In this document: piece by piece, positions 27,901 through 40,793 of the stretch
Numbering within the stretch: the first letter of the stretch is position 1
Layout of the letters: each line of letters starts with the position of its first letter
From: Bugula neritina
Taxonomy: Eukaryota > Animalia > Bryozoa
Length of the DNA stretch: 64,000 nucleotides
NCBI GenBank assembly: GCA_964035545.1
Contig: OZ037770.1
Span: forward strand, 5,714,729-5,778,728
Reading direction: 5' to 3'
The notes under the pieces: model-generated
Told to the model about the DNA's origin: nothing
The model's input: only the letters and a program-made list of their open reading frames with translations
Databases searched by the model: none
Position numbers and translations under genes: made by a program

Positions 27901-30900
27901 ACCTTCCACCACTCCTAAATCGGAGATTTCCCTACAGTTCACTCTGAAGCAAACTGTAGCCTGAGAGCGCCCAGGTACAATACAGCGCTGTACCACCTCC
28001 CCCACAAAGGGCCGGCCAAACCGGTCAACACAGGCCAGCTCATGCCCGGCCATCACCACCGCCGACTTATTAAAGTCAATGTGGCACGTGTGTCGCTTTA
28101 GATGGCGACCTCCTTGAGTTGACTGACAATGAAGGTCTCGCTGATCACCTAATCACGGACTCTACCAGTCAACTCTACCACACCATAAAAAGGAATACAT
28201 GACCCGTCCGCCAATGTGACATGTTTCCCTTCATAAGGCTCAAGGTTAGCCCGGTCCCTAGCACTGAGTGTGTTAAACAGACGCCGGCTCAGAAGATTTG
28301 TGGTACATCCAGTATCCAACAGGAAAGTGGTAGCTTTTCTGGCAAGTTTACCGGGGATTAAATAACTGCTTCCATATGGCTGGCCGCTCACTGAGCAATT
28401 CGTCTCTCATGTGTATGGAGTTGAGAATGCACCTGTGCTTTTCGGTTGCGAAGGGGTCATCGACGTCTCGTGGACAAGCAGGTTACATCTCGGTGTTGCT
28501 CACACATGGGCCGCTGCGTGAATGCTCGGTCTTTCGTTCGTGTGGGCAACCGAGAGAAATCCCTGTCTCGCTCCTACTGGTCGTACATCACTTCATCAGG
28601 CAAACTTTCAAAGCGATTTTTGAGTGCCCAAGCCTGAGGTTTTGGCGAGCCTTGCGGCCTGCTATCTCTTCTTGGGGCTTGCCACTCTAGCTAAGGCCGC
28701 CTTTTCAACCGATTGAGTTTGAGCCTTGGCCTTGGCCTCGGAGGGTTAAACTGAGGCCCACGGTTGGCGGAGTCTACCGTGGGCCGCGTTCGTTTATCTG
28801 CCTCCTTCTACCTCGTATGAAGTGCCCATCACTACCACAACCCGACATACGGGGCCCCACCAGTTTGTGGTTAAGCTAGTCAGCTTGTCGGCTGCTGCCG
28901 TGGCAACATGTACAGCTGTCGGTGATGTCGACGTCGGCTCTGACTCGCTACATTATCGTCCCAAGCCGGCACGTACTGTCGGCTTGGAAATAGGCATTTC
29001 CAAGCTTGCGAGCTCGCTCCATCACAGGATAGTTAAGGGCAAACTTTTAGCTGCAACTGCCTTGCTGAGGTTTGCATTGTAATCATATAATAAGAACTCA
29101 GTACCAGTAAAATAAAATCTCACCTAATTGTGCTAGAGTCAAAATTTAAAAACTATGTTGTAGATCTTCTTTTTCCCCAGTGCACCTTTTTTGGAAATTT
29201 CGATTTTCAAATTTTTTGCAAAGTTATAGACAGAAAACTGCCCAATTTTGGCCAACTTTGCCTGAAAAGCTGACTTTTCAGTGCCAGTAAAATATCTCAG
29301 CAGCAAAGCATGATATCTGAATAAAAATTGCACTGCTGGAATCCTGAGATATTTCTCCAGTGCAACTTCTTTTTTTTCTCCAATAACTCTTCTAGACTGC
29401 CCATAAATTGGTGATTTATACACTGAAAATGCTATATTTTTTTATAGAAAATTAGCAGCGCGCAGTGCTTCACTCTTCAATGAGCACGTAGAGATGAGAA
29501 GATATTGGCGCTTACATACTAATTACAGGCTTGCTAGCTGGCAGACTATTATGAATAGCTTGCTTTGTACTTTGTTTATGTCGCACCCATAATAGAATGT
29601 TGATAGATTACGCAGCCCTAATGAAGGTTGCTGCTTATTGGTTGTAGTTTGATCTTACGCTAAACAATTGCAAGTAGGCAACACGCATGCCACCCACAGA
29701 GCCATATCATTCAAGAACTTAAACTACATTTTGAGAAAAATTTATAATATTCTTAGTGAGGATGCCCTTAACTATTCTGTGATGGTCTCAACCTCAGCTA
29801 CCAGCAGGTGTTGCTTCAGCCCGAGGTTGTTAATAGACTGGAGCAATGCATCCAGTGCCAAACTCTGCCGACCATTCGCAGGCAAATCACCATAAGCGAC
29901 TTGTGCTAGCTTTTCTACTACGGTTGGGTGCTCTCGCAAGGTAGTCTTAGGACTTCTCCTAAGACCATGGAGCCACACGAGCATTTTGAGCAGTCAACCC
30001 AAACTGGGCTCTCAATGCCTTGAAAATGTCGTCGAAGTCCTGGCCTATCCCATAGGGTTTGGATGGCCCTGTCAGACGCAACCGTAGCTGGATCAGAGTA
30101 ACCCTGGCAGGCCATCGACAGATGGCCGCCACATCACTGAACTCAGTGATAAATTGTTCCCCTGAGAAGATGGGAGCATGTAAATGATACCTGTTTATAG
30201 GCAGTGCTGGGCCGCCTATGTTGTCCTCCATTGCTACCGGTTCCTGGCGGGGTAGGTCCTCGTTGCCGGCCGTCTTTTACTCCTTGGCTAGGAGCATTTG
30301 CAATAAAAGAAATCCTACCACTGCCACCACTGTAGTGAATTTACAATTTACTATAATTAGTGGGTTTATTTATGCAAAGCCACTACACCAAGTTTCTCAC
30401 AAATTGAATAGACTTTACTATTTACGAATTATACAGAAAAAAAACTATTAACACTAATGCACACCATTACATAATAGAGAGTGATTTATACACAACTTTT
30501 CATGATTAGAACTCGATCCACTCTGCCGGCTACGCTGCCTAACAAGCTTCCATTATATACATTTGCAGCTCCGCCTCCTACTAATTGTTAGTCACATTCC
30601 ATTGGTTAACACGGTGGTGCTATCTTAATGACACGATGCTGGCTGCATCATGTAACTGTCTGAGATAGAGTTATCCTTTCGATATAAACTAACTAATTGG
30701 AAATACAATACTAAAACTCTTCACAATATGTCTAAGTTGATATGTTATATAACCCTATTTATTACGGGGACGTAAGTTATTGACTGCTTCAAGGCTCCTC
30801 ATGACATTGCCGGTGATTATAAAATTAAAATTTTAAAAATAATTCAATATTAATTTAAAAAAAGCAAAATGTGACCGATAACATTTTTTTATCCTTTTTG

Positions 30901-33900
30901 ATTTAATTTCAGTACTTAAAAACTGTGAATTATTACCTGCCATATAGTTTTAAAAGATAGTTTCCATAATTCAGGAGTTTACTGATAATACAAAGCCTCA
31001 GTTTCAAGTTATCATAAAATATTGTAGAATTTAGGAGTTACTTACCCTTGCATATAGTGAACACATCATTATCTTCAAGGTTAACTACTCTCAAAGCACT
31101 CCCATAGTCACACACAAGCAATACTTGATCCTGTATAAGCCAAACCATCCCAGTTAGTTCTTCAAGAGAAAAAAATGCTTGCATTGGCTAAAGTGCTGTA
31201 CAAGTTATAAATACTAATGTTTTAATTGACTAGAGGGTTGTAGGAGCTCATTCCTTTTTTGTCTTAAAAACCATTTGAATAATTTTTAAATATAATTTAT
31301 ATTTTCAGCCCAATAGCAAAAAACAATTGATATACAAGTATAGAAATAAATAAAAATAAATTTAAAAGTTTTAGAAATAGAAAAAACAAAGAAATTATTA
31401 AAAAAATCGAAAACACAAATAAAAAATTATAGAAAAGGAATCATAAGAAATAAAATGTTGATAAATATTATATTGATGACTACTTACCACCAAATCGTGC
31501 TCTTAGCAATGTGCCGTCAACCAACTGTCTCCGGTTGCTATAAGGTAGGCCAGCTACAAGTACCTTGGTCCAGTTGGCAGATCTAGTGTCAAACTTTGAC
31601 ACTCCTCCAGCATAGTTGACATACATGTACCTGTTCTGGCTGTCCATCAGGATGGTGTAGGCACCAATAAAGAAATCCAGATCTTTGTACATCACGCTTA
31701 TCAGATCTAAATATTGTTAGCAGTATTAATCTAGGAAATTCCTTGATTATATAGACAACCTTTTGTTACATTTTTTTCCCCTAAAAAGATTATTATTCTA
31801 TAAGAAAAAGTTTTGTTTGCTCGAAGAGTTGGTTAGTTTGGCAGTTGACTTTTACTTGGCTTCAATAAACAAAACAAAACCCTTTCCAATTATACTCATG
31901 AAACACATACTATTTCTTTATATATGTCTTGTTGTTCGAATTGCTGTCCTAAACTAAATATGTTTATAACCATGTAGAAAAATGGTTAACTCATATTTCA
32001 TCATGATATTAATCACCATGCTTTTAACTGCCATTTTTACACATTTTCCCCCTATCACCTGGCCCTTCCCATGTAACACATGAGGCAACCTTATATACTG
32101 ATTCTAATACACTTAAGCAATATAATAGAGTTTCTTACAAGCAGGTTATATTAATACTTTAAATTAATGACAACTTCAGCATATTCCTTCAACTATTTAA
32201 AATTATGTTAACCTTTGTTAAACAAGTGCATTTAGATTCTAGACTTACTTGAAGTTAGGTTGTGCTTGAGTATGACTCCATCAAGTAAGTAGTAAAAGAT
32301 ATTCTCTTCTGGAATGTGAAGCAACTTCATAGGACGTGTAAGTTTAGCATCTGAGGGGCTAACGGGATCAGAAACATATCCTCGTCTGTAGCATTCACCC
32401 ACAAAAGTAGACACGAGTGGGTAGAGACCACTTCTCCGTTCAACTTTACGGATGCAGTTATTGTTGAGATCGACAATGATGATGTCAGAACCGTTGTTTA
32501 TCTGCACGAGATCTTTTACAATGCCGAAAAAAGCAAAATGCCCTGGCCCATCTCTAAATGCCGTTTCATCTTCTTGCCCTGTACAAAAAAGGTTTCTAAA
32601 TAACATGCTGGGCCAAATAAATTTAATAAAAAACCCATAACCAAATGCATCAGTAAACTTATACATTATAAATATGAGCAAAATAAAAACGATTATATAG
32701 CAAAGCCGGTTTTATCATATTGATTAAACTTGGCATGTCATAGGTACTTTGTTTTGGAGTTACTTGAACTCAATTTTCAGTCAAGTTATTCTATATATGA
32801 TAGAACGGCAAATTTTACTCGGCATGCATATCTTCATTGTGCATTATATATACTAGTATATTTTTTTCCTTGATAATTACTGGATTTTATAGCTGCCAAA
32901 ATATATTATACAGCTATCCGTATACATCAAGATAGCGATATGGTAGTGTGCTTGAAACTGCATCTTTTCAATGATAACAAAAATAAAAATTTTAAACATA
33001 ATATTTATATACAGTTTCATGTAATCTTAAGATTACATTCACAGGATAGTTAAGGGCAACCTTTTAGTTCTAGCTGCTATGCTGATGATGCATTGTTATC
33101 ATATAAGAATTCAGTCCCAGTAAAATAAAATTTTACCCAATTATGCTAGAATCAAAATTTAAAAACTATGTTGTAGATAGCTTTCTTCCTCAGCGCGGTT
33201 TTTTTTGGAATTGTTAATTTTCCATTTTTTGGCTAAGCTACAGACCAAAAACTACCCATTTTCTCTTTTTTTTAGCTGAAAAAACATCATGTCAGTCCCA
33301 GTAAAACATCTCAGCAGGAAAACATAATATCTGAAAAAAGAAAACACTGTTGGAATAATGAGATATTTCTGCAGCCGGTTTTTGTAATGTTTCTAGTAGC
33401 TTTTATAGATTTTCTATAAATTAGTGATTAATAAGCTGAAAATGAGATAATTTTTCTTTACTAATAAGCATTTAATTTTCTAGCAGGTAAATGCATCTAT
33501 TGCACTTGCAACAATTGTGCTCAAATAAATTATATATCTAGATAAACCCCAATAGCCTTTTAGCTGTTGGCATTCAGGTTTTTGTGTTACAGTTTTGTTA
33601 TTTGTTAATATTATGCCTGTGGCTTGTAGTATAGGAGCAGTAGTGACGAAATTGAGATAGCTCAAGTTTTTTTTAATTTCCTTATAAATTTTGGTGTTGC
33701 GCATAACATAACTTCTCTTGCTACATTTGTAATCTGGAACGCAGGCTTTTCTCAACTTCTCCATTACTGCACCTATACTCGTGTGTAGTAGTCATCTCTG
33801 TCAGCTGCAGTAGACTCAAGGTCCTAGTTAATGTAGGTGGTAGGTTAAAACATAGTTATATAATGAAATAGTTAAAAAGCCAGGCTAACCCAGCCACTAC

Positions 33901-36900
33901 TGAACCTAAAAACCCAAGTTTCCCAACTCATCAAATTGCACCATATAGGTAAACTGAATTATCTGAAAACCGCTTCTGAAAGAATTTCTGATTGAAAAGT
34001 AAGAAGCAGATTCTGATAAAGAAAGCAGTGAAAGTATGTTGAAAATATTGAGTTATCAACTTTTTGCTTGGGTTTTCAGTGAAACCATTTAATGTTATAG
34101 CTTCTCAACTTCTCATGCTCTAAATATGTCTATACATCAGCTAGTCTTATTGAAACTTAGCTGTAGTTTTACAGCTGGCTTGGCTGATCCTGGGTCGCAA
34201 AATGTTATGTATAATCGAGGATAAGTTCACACCAAGTATAACATATCGTGGTGAAAGGTGACCAAGGTGACCATAACATATCAATCAATTAAAACTTTCA
34301 AATAAAACTATTAGACCTGTTGTAAAACATGCAATAAAGATATAGGGCAGACAAAATATTTCAAGATGATATTGAATTAAAAAATGTCTGCCTCTTGTAA
34401 ATACTTTAAATGAGCTTCTATTTTAAATAATCCTACAGAGTTTTGATTTTTTTTTCTTTCAGTTTTGTTCATGCCTACTTATATTATTATAGCCAGTATT
34501 CACACTGAATGTCTGTGATATGCAATAAACCAATCAACCATATAAAATATTTTAATTAAATTTTTGCTTAAACTGAGCTTTGCTTCTCTTAGTAATATTT
34601 TTCTTTTAAAAAAGTTTTGGCTATAACATGAAACTATGTAAAGCATTGACGGTCCTTTGAACATAATGTAGTACAAACTCTTCAAAGTATAATTATGTGT
34701 ACATGCTATAACACAGCTAAGCTGCTGAGCAGGCATGTGAAACTGTGAAACTGGACCACTGCAGAGTTGAACGGTCAATTCAGCTGCAAATTGCATGGCC
34801 ATAACAGACAGGACAACAAATGATAATTGAGACTTAAAGGATTGCTTTATCTTGTCTAATAAATGGCCATTTAGGTCAAACACACATAATATTGTGTTTT
34901 TCTAAGCATGCATTGACAAAAAGCATTTGACCAAAGGTAGAAAAAGTTAGTTGAAGTTGAGGGTGTAGATTGATAACAGCCAAAACGCCGATTTTGAAAT
35001 GAGCTGGGAAATATGACGTAACAGCGCCAGCATTCCTGCTGGTCACGTGACTATACAAATGAATAACTATAGAAATATGACTGTGAGATGTGATCTTTCA
35101 GCTCGAAATTTGTATATTTATAGAAGTGTAAATGTGAATTATCTCAATCTATAGTTTTTTGACATTTTAAATAACATGTATGTGATAACATTAGGCCATA
35201 TTTTGCTTGTAAGCATAGAAAAAAGCATTGCAAAAACATGCATTCTTTAGGATGAATGCCTGCGATCGATCTAAACTAGGTCAGATTGTGCAATATTACG
35301 GGCACACCAAAGCTGACCTATATAGCGCACTGTAACTGCTTTATTGGTTATTGGTTGATATTGTGCTCAGCAACTTTGAATACTAGCGTTATAGTTAGCA
35401 AGTGCAGCATATAGTTACTGGCGTTCACACGTCAGTCACGTATTAGGCTATTCTTTTTCATGGCTGAAAATTTTACCTCCCTCAAAATTGGAATTTTGAA
35501 AAGCTGTTTTCTAGGCACATATCCCTATGCAAAGTCACAATTGTTTGCATACACATTAAATTATAGTTCATAATTATAATGTGATTGTAATAAACTAAGA
35601 TTGAGCAATCCTTTAATCATAGTTGCTGTTTCTGCATTGCCCAGCAACGAAATCCACAAAAATTCGTTCAAGCATATTTTAGGCAACATTTTTGCATGTT
35701 GGGAGGACACAACTCTTAATTTTAGGGGGGCATTGGAGACCACTGAAAAAGGTCTATATTAGCTGTTGATGTAATTACGCATTTCGTAGTGCACATTCAG
35801 ACTGAACTCTTAGTGATTGCTCTTTGTAACTTGTTTTTTAAATCTGCCTAATGACAAATATTAATTTAAAATAAATAAAATTAAATTCAAAGAAATAATA
35901 GTTCAGGACTTACTCAGATTTATAGTGAAGCTGACATACAGATATCAGAGCATTGTTTTCGGTTAAAGTATGTCAAACTCTGTTACCAATGAAATTGACA
36001 AAATTTCTTCATGTCCGAAAGTTAAATACCTGAAGCAATGTTTACCTGCCAGTATATTCACTTTAAGACTAGGAGATATATGGGCTACACAGTGCAGGTT
36101 TCCCACAAGAAATGCACCACTTTCCAGCTGATCCATTTCAATGTCTTCCACACTGACGAGTTTTCTATCATTATCTAGCTTCATCTCTTGTAATTCACCA
36201 AAAGATACTAGAGGCTTGCGACTGAAAACATTCCAAACAATTTCATTGCAGAATGAGAGTTCGTGCTTAACGCGACTGGAACTGTAGTCATACTAATTTT
36301 TTTGGCACGCTATATAACAGCTATTTGATATTAAATTTTTGACGCATATATTACTTTGGCTACCAGCTAAACACAGCTTCATGCAGAGTAGTATGAGTTT
36401 TTAAATAACATTTTTTCGTAACCTGTCAATTGAATCAATTTTGAATGATATAGTTCACTTGTTGATGAGAAGCACTATATAAAACTGATTCTCATCGTTA
36501 GAGCAGTGGTTTTTAAAAAGTTTAATGACTGCAGAACGTCATGCAAAATGCACCATGTTAATTACAAACAGCTAATTAAGTACATATAAGCTATATGAAT
36601 AAGCTATGAGTAAATGACACAATTACATAAAAAATCATCTTTATGGAAACATGAAGAATTGTGACTATAAACTATGTTTTATACAGGTCAGTGTAGCTGT
36701 ATTAACTCAAACTTGAATGACACTTTGATGTGAAATATACGTTCATGTTTCTATTTTAAATGGGGAAATATTTATTTCTAGCTTAACCCCTCTCTTCTGA
36801 ACAAGGAGACACCATTAAAACAATAAGTGCATGCATATATCTTTTTGTTGAGTTTGATTGTTCAATGGTTAATGATTTAATAACATTCAAAGCCATTTTA

Positions 36901-37810
36901 ATGAGAGGATGAATATCCAAATATTATAAACATTTAAATTGCACCACCTTCTATAGAAGATATTTTTATTATGAAAAGTTGTATAAAATAAAGCAATCGG
37001 AATCAGCTTAAATAAAAAACTAGCAAACATCTACATAATCTGCCCGTTGAAAAGTACTTTTTCTATTACAACATAATATATTTACTAAAACATGAACAAA
37101 GTTATCTTAAAAGCTCACAGAAAGCGTAAAAGGAAAGCTTTCAATTCAACCCACTACATGAGTTATGACTAGGAGTGTCAGTATGATTATGATTTATTAT
37201 TATGAGCATGCATATATAATTATTGTGGTAAATATCACCCCTCTTGATGCAGTACTTATGGCTATTTTTCTAAATAATGTAGTTATAGCTAAGTCTGTGG
37301 CAGAACTTTTTAATACCTTAAATACTACAGCTATTGTTAAGCTTTTAGCGTATTAAATAGTTAATCCCTTTTCCCACAATTACAAGTTACAGTAAGCATG
37401 CACTTGGTTGGGTTCAATTTTGCTGATTTGTTTAAACCGACAACCAACTGAGGCTCTACTCCCCTTCTGTGGAAGGTTCTAGAATTCCTTTGTTCTGCTA
37501 GTATAAAAAAAACCCATTCTAAGTTTCAGTCACTTGAAGACTGGAGCACAGACCGAAAGAATCAAGTACAGAAATAAAGACATACAGCACACACCATTCT
37601 ACACTCTCTTAACTCTTTTCTTACAAGGAGTTATGTGCTCTGCCTGATTTCATTCAATAACCCACAAGTTACTACAGTATGTACATTCACAGTGAAAGCG
37701 TGATAATAAAATCATAAGGTACTTTACCTCTGAGTGTTTTGACATAGAGTGAAATTGATAAACATGAAGTATATAAAAATAGCCTTGCGCAGCTTCACCA
37801 TTAGATCCAT
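12979..37810 (-). CDS. Type-I membrane protein, ~804 aa: signal peptide, NHL-like beta-propeller, Sushi/CCP, ~3 IPT/TIG (plexin-like), TM, short tail. 16 exons: 37810-37728, 36221-36046, 32578-32249, 31706-31488, 31159-31046, 23416-23258, 22846-22629, 16265-16135, 16020-15862, 15029-14930, 14858-14814, 14716-14641, 14539-14394, 14144-13923, 13587-13494, 13121-12979
   Basis: All 15 introns are GT-AG with consistent phase; total 2415 nt, no internal stop. Signal: MDLMVKLRKAIFIYFMFINFTLC. NHL-like: ILAGQEDETAFRDGPGHFAFFG..IIVDLNNNCIRKV and LVDGTLLRARFG. Sushi: CYPP..IKFRCDDGYGL..TC..GVWDKPIPFC. IPT: EPKKGQRSGGTLVTLTG, YEYLPDPAIYSI..GGFEIFFKGDNFD, VTGSNLD..CDVTSISKAAVVCRPP, VSVAGENYTIGQVKF. TM: GIIAIIVVPVIVIIVILNIAIYAYLLY followed by KRK. 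The 45-nt exon 11 and the last acceptor are the least certain parts. Confidence 0.85.
15229..15286. repeat. Imperfect 10-bp tandem repeat (~TAGCACATGC)
   Basis: tagcacatac tagcacatgg taacacatgc cagcacatgc tactacatgt. Confidence 0.6.
16331..16434. repeat. Degenerate (TGAG)n tetranucleotide tract
   Basis: Repeated gagt/aagt units immediately left of the LTR at 16440. Confidence 0.7.
16862..16881 (+). promoter_or_regulatory. Primer binding site, tRNA-Leu type
   Basis: TGGTGGCAGCAGTGGGATTC lies 1 nt after the LTR and is complementary (one mismatch) to the conserved eukaryotic tRNA-Leu 3' end ..GAATCCCACCGCTGCCA-CCA. Confidence 0.85.
16916..21247 (+). pseudogene. gag-pol pseudogene of element 1
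   Basis: Gag with CCHC knuckle CWGCGSGGHFIRSC; protease FLLDTGC; RT CVDYRRLN..DAYPLP..LDLLSGYWQV; RNase H LDTDASN..RELLAVV; integrase HHCC and GPY. Many stops and frameshifts; RT YxDD and most of the integrase core are deleted. Confidence 0.95.
23883..23921. repeat. (CA)n microsatellite
   Basis: Direct reading. Confidence 0.9.
23965..30725 (-). mobile_element. Ty3/Gypsy LTR retrotransposon, decayed (element 2), same strand as the host gene, in intron 5
   Basis: 5' LTR 30725-30331 (TG..CA); PBS TGGTGGCAGTGGTAGGATT at 30329-30311; partial 3' LTR ~24233-23965; TSD ATAT at 23961-23964 and 30726-30729. Gag, LLDTGC protease, RT with YLDD and RNase H fragments are clearly homologous to element 1. 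Confidence 0.95.
29023..29781. mobile_element. Non-autonomous CACTA/EnSpm-like DNA transposon nested in gag of element 2
   Basis: TIRs CACAGGATAGTTAAGGGC / GCCCTTAACTATTCTGTG; 2-bp TSD AT (29021-22, 29782-83). Removing it restores gag VETMER, matching element 1. Confidence 0.88.
33040..33450 (+). mobile_element. Truncated second copy of the CACTA-like element
   Basis: Starts with CACAGGATAGTTAAGGGCAA and aligns with 29023-~29440; no right TIR seen. Confidence 0.8.
37224..37676 (+). mobile_element. Probable solo LTR in intron 1 of the receptor gene
   Basis: TGTGGTAAATATC..TATAAA..AATAAA..GGAGTTATG..CCCACAAGTTACTACA, resembling the LTR at 61166-61550. Flanks TTAT/GTAT form an imperfect TSD; the left boundary is uncertain. 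Confidence 0.5.
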
Positions 37811-38802
37811 ACTCTCTAAGGGATCAGCAGGATTTACAGATGTCTGGCACGATAACAACAACTAGAGTTAAATAACTAGTACACAGTTATATAGAAAGTA
37901 GTAAATCACCATGATAATTATAGAGTTAACCAACTGATACATAGTTTTAGCATGCAATACTAATGTTGTTTTTGCCAAGTAAACATATATGACCTGTTTG
38001 CTATCACTACGTTTCCATTATTGCATTAAGCAAGGAAATCCTTTATTTGCCCTATGGAATTAAAAAAGTAAAGCAAAGCAAAAATTGAAGCAAAGCTGAC
38101 GCCTTAAATTTGTAAAGCTTTTTTGTAGGCAAAAGCATTTTCAAGCTAAAATTAAACAGACAGATACTTTTGTTTTGAAAATTTAAATTATTCTTAAGGT
38201 TTAGTTTGCCTGTCACAAAACACTTCATGCTTATATGGCTTTGTGGCTTTTTGACTTAAAATAAGTTGACTCAAAGTTTGACTATTTGATAATTTTAATC
38301 CATCAAAAATTGGAACATAAACATGACGTATAAAGTATAAACACAAACTGTAGTATATATAAGGACGTATGCCAGTGCATAGAATACACTGCGCCAGCTA
38401 GAGCCACTTTCTAATACCACAAAAGAAGCTAAACTTTTTCATGAAACTGAAATAAAGTATTTTGACCTGTTACACAGACACTATGCATGTTACTGTTTTT
38501 AGTTTATTTTACATTAGCTAAAGTTCTTTCTCTGTGTTACGACTCTAGTTACTATTTTATGCTTTACAAAGTAGAAATTTTAGTCTGCTGAACTTTAAAA
38601 CTTTTGCATTCATAGCAAAACTAACAAAATTTATATCGTGCTAACATTTTTTTTCACTCAACAAATAGCAGAAACTGCAAAGTCAAAAAGCTAGATATTT
38701 TAGCAAAATGCTTATAATGTAATTTATAGTATAGTTTTAGTATTTTTCAAATATTTCGAAGCTTGATAAAAATTTTTTAGTATACAAAATTGTATATGAT
38801 TA

Positions 38803-40129
38803 GGGGTAAGGGGGGGGGGGGGTACAACGGTCATAGGGGTAAAAAAAGCCGGCCAAATTGTGAGAAAACTTATTGACTTGAAGTTGTGATTGTTTTTTAA
38901 TGAAAAGGTATTGACATAATTATTCAGCTATTGTAGTTTCAACACTTGTGAAACATACTTGTTGAAGAGGCGAGTGAAAAACTGTTTTTACCTACTTTTT
39001 GTAAATTTTTTAGGATGTCGTTAAAGCTTTATAACTTTTTACACTCAAAGGCAACAAGCTTAGATTTTACTGATATTGTTGCCATTGCTTGTCTCTACAT
39101 TGCTTAACTAGTATAACAGAAACTCTTAAATAAATTTTCCTTGAGCCACATTTATTTTCAATTTGGCCACACGGGGCACAATGGGCCAAGCTGACCGGGG
39201 CACAATGGGCCACCTGATTATTGCACCCTGATCACTGTTATTAGTTTTTTTGCCTAAAAAGTTGGTTAAAATGCTACTAAAATCTATAGATATTGCCGTT
39301 TCTGACCTTTTTGTAAAATATTAAAGACATGGTAAAAATACAAGACTACAAGGTGAAACTCCCCTAATATATACATCTGGTGAAGTTATAGCTTTGCCAT
39401 TTTATACATAATACAATACACTCTGCTGTTGCTACTAGTATAAGTAGTCATATGATATTCATTATATATTATATCATTAAAGAAATATACATTTATTTGA
39501 ATAAAATAAATTGTGATTTGCTCATTTCCTCCCCCCTCTCCCTTCCGTATTCCAGCCACAAACCGAAGCTCTGCACCTTAGCTACAGTTCATAAAAAAGT
39601 CTACTCGAAATTTTGAAGTACCTGTTACTAAAGTTTTTTTCTGATAAAAATTCCTGTCAAGTGAAATTCAAAACACATGTTTAGTTCTAAACAGTAATGA
39701 TAATGACACCGCAGAACTGAGTGGTGTGCATTTGATTTTGCCTTCCCCTGCTATTCGTGGTGGCGCCAACTGTACAGCTAAAACATGAATTTTGCTGTAG
39801 ATCTGAAGGAATATTTGTATTTATTTGTCATATTAGATAAATAAAAATCAGATGCAACAAAATCAGCAAAGTTTCAAAATATTTGTTGTGTCCCACCCAG
39901 TGGCCCATTGTACCCCGCTACCGGGACACAATGGGCTGATTTTTTCGTCATAAAAATTTCATTATTGTGAAAGTTGTGAGAGAGATAGAAACAGCAAACT
40001 GATACCTGTAATAGACAACAGATGCAGCATTAAGACTAGAGACTATTGAACTTGTAATTTAAAACACAGATGAATGAGAGCAAAAGATTCAAAAACGGGC
40101 CCGTTGTGCCCCCCCCCCCCCGTTACCCC
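38803..40129. mobile_element. MITE with G-rich TIRs and TA flanks (Tc1/mariner-pogo-like), copy A
   Basis: GGGGTAA(G)nTACAACGG .. CCGTTGTG(C)nGTTACCCC, flanked by TA on both sides; internal repeats GGGGCACAATGGGCC. Confidence 0.8.
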
Positions 40130-40793
40130 TATTCATTTCATTATTAAAAATAAAAAATTAAGTCTACAGTCCATCTATTTTTTGGTAAAACAAAATACAG
40201 TTAGCTCACCGTCTTATAGAACCGCCTATATCGTACAGCTAGTCAAAATTAACTTAGCAAAACTTACTTGTTCAGGTTGTCGTAGGTATTGAAGTTGTTA
40301 AAGGACAACATGAGTTGAAAAAATACACAAATTGGGCTGTAGGTAAATTACTAATGCGACCTGGTTTGCAGTGTGGTACAGTTTGAGTTAAAGTGAGTGA
40401 CTGAACCTAAAATAATATAATGGTTTTATTTTTGCGCTTCATCAATCAAGAATGTTCTATATTATATATATAATTATTGTTTACATTAAGTGCATTTTGT
40501 TCTATAGCCTACTATTCCTATATAACCTATAGTTTTAGTATTTGTGGAAAATCGTGCTGCGCCTTCCCACTTGGAATAACTTGAGTTGCATGAATGAAAT
40601 AAATATTGTAGAGTATTACCATAATTTTGTATCTACTTCAACAAAAGAGATATTTATATACTGGAAAGTTGTTTGAATGATAAAAAGATATACAAACTAT
40701 AAAAATTATTATATCCTTAATAATAATGTGAAAGTATGAAGCTCTTTGCGTTGGTTTAATTTAGATATTCAACTATAAGATAGATAATGAGTA

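Noticed and set aside
17408-30451. Antisense and alternate-frame ORFs over the Gypsy elements
   Set aside because: Shadow ORFs of GC-rich gag-pol sequence with no independent motifs.
12979-37810. Naming the receptor a plexin, MET or teneurin
   Set aside because: No Sema/PSI, GAP, kinase, EGF or YD regions; only the IPT and NHL-like parts are shared, so no gene symbol is given.
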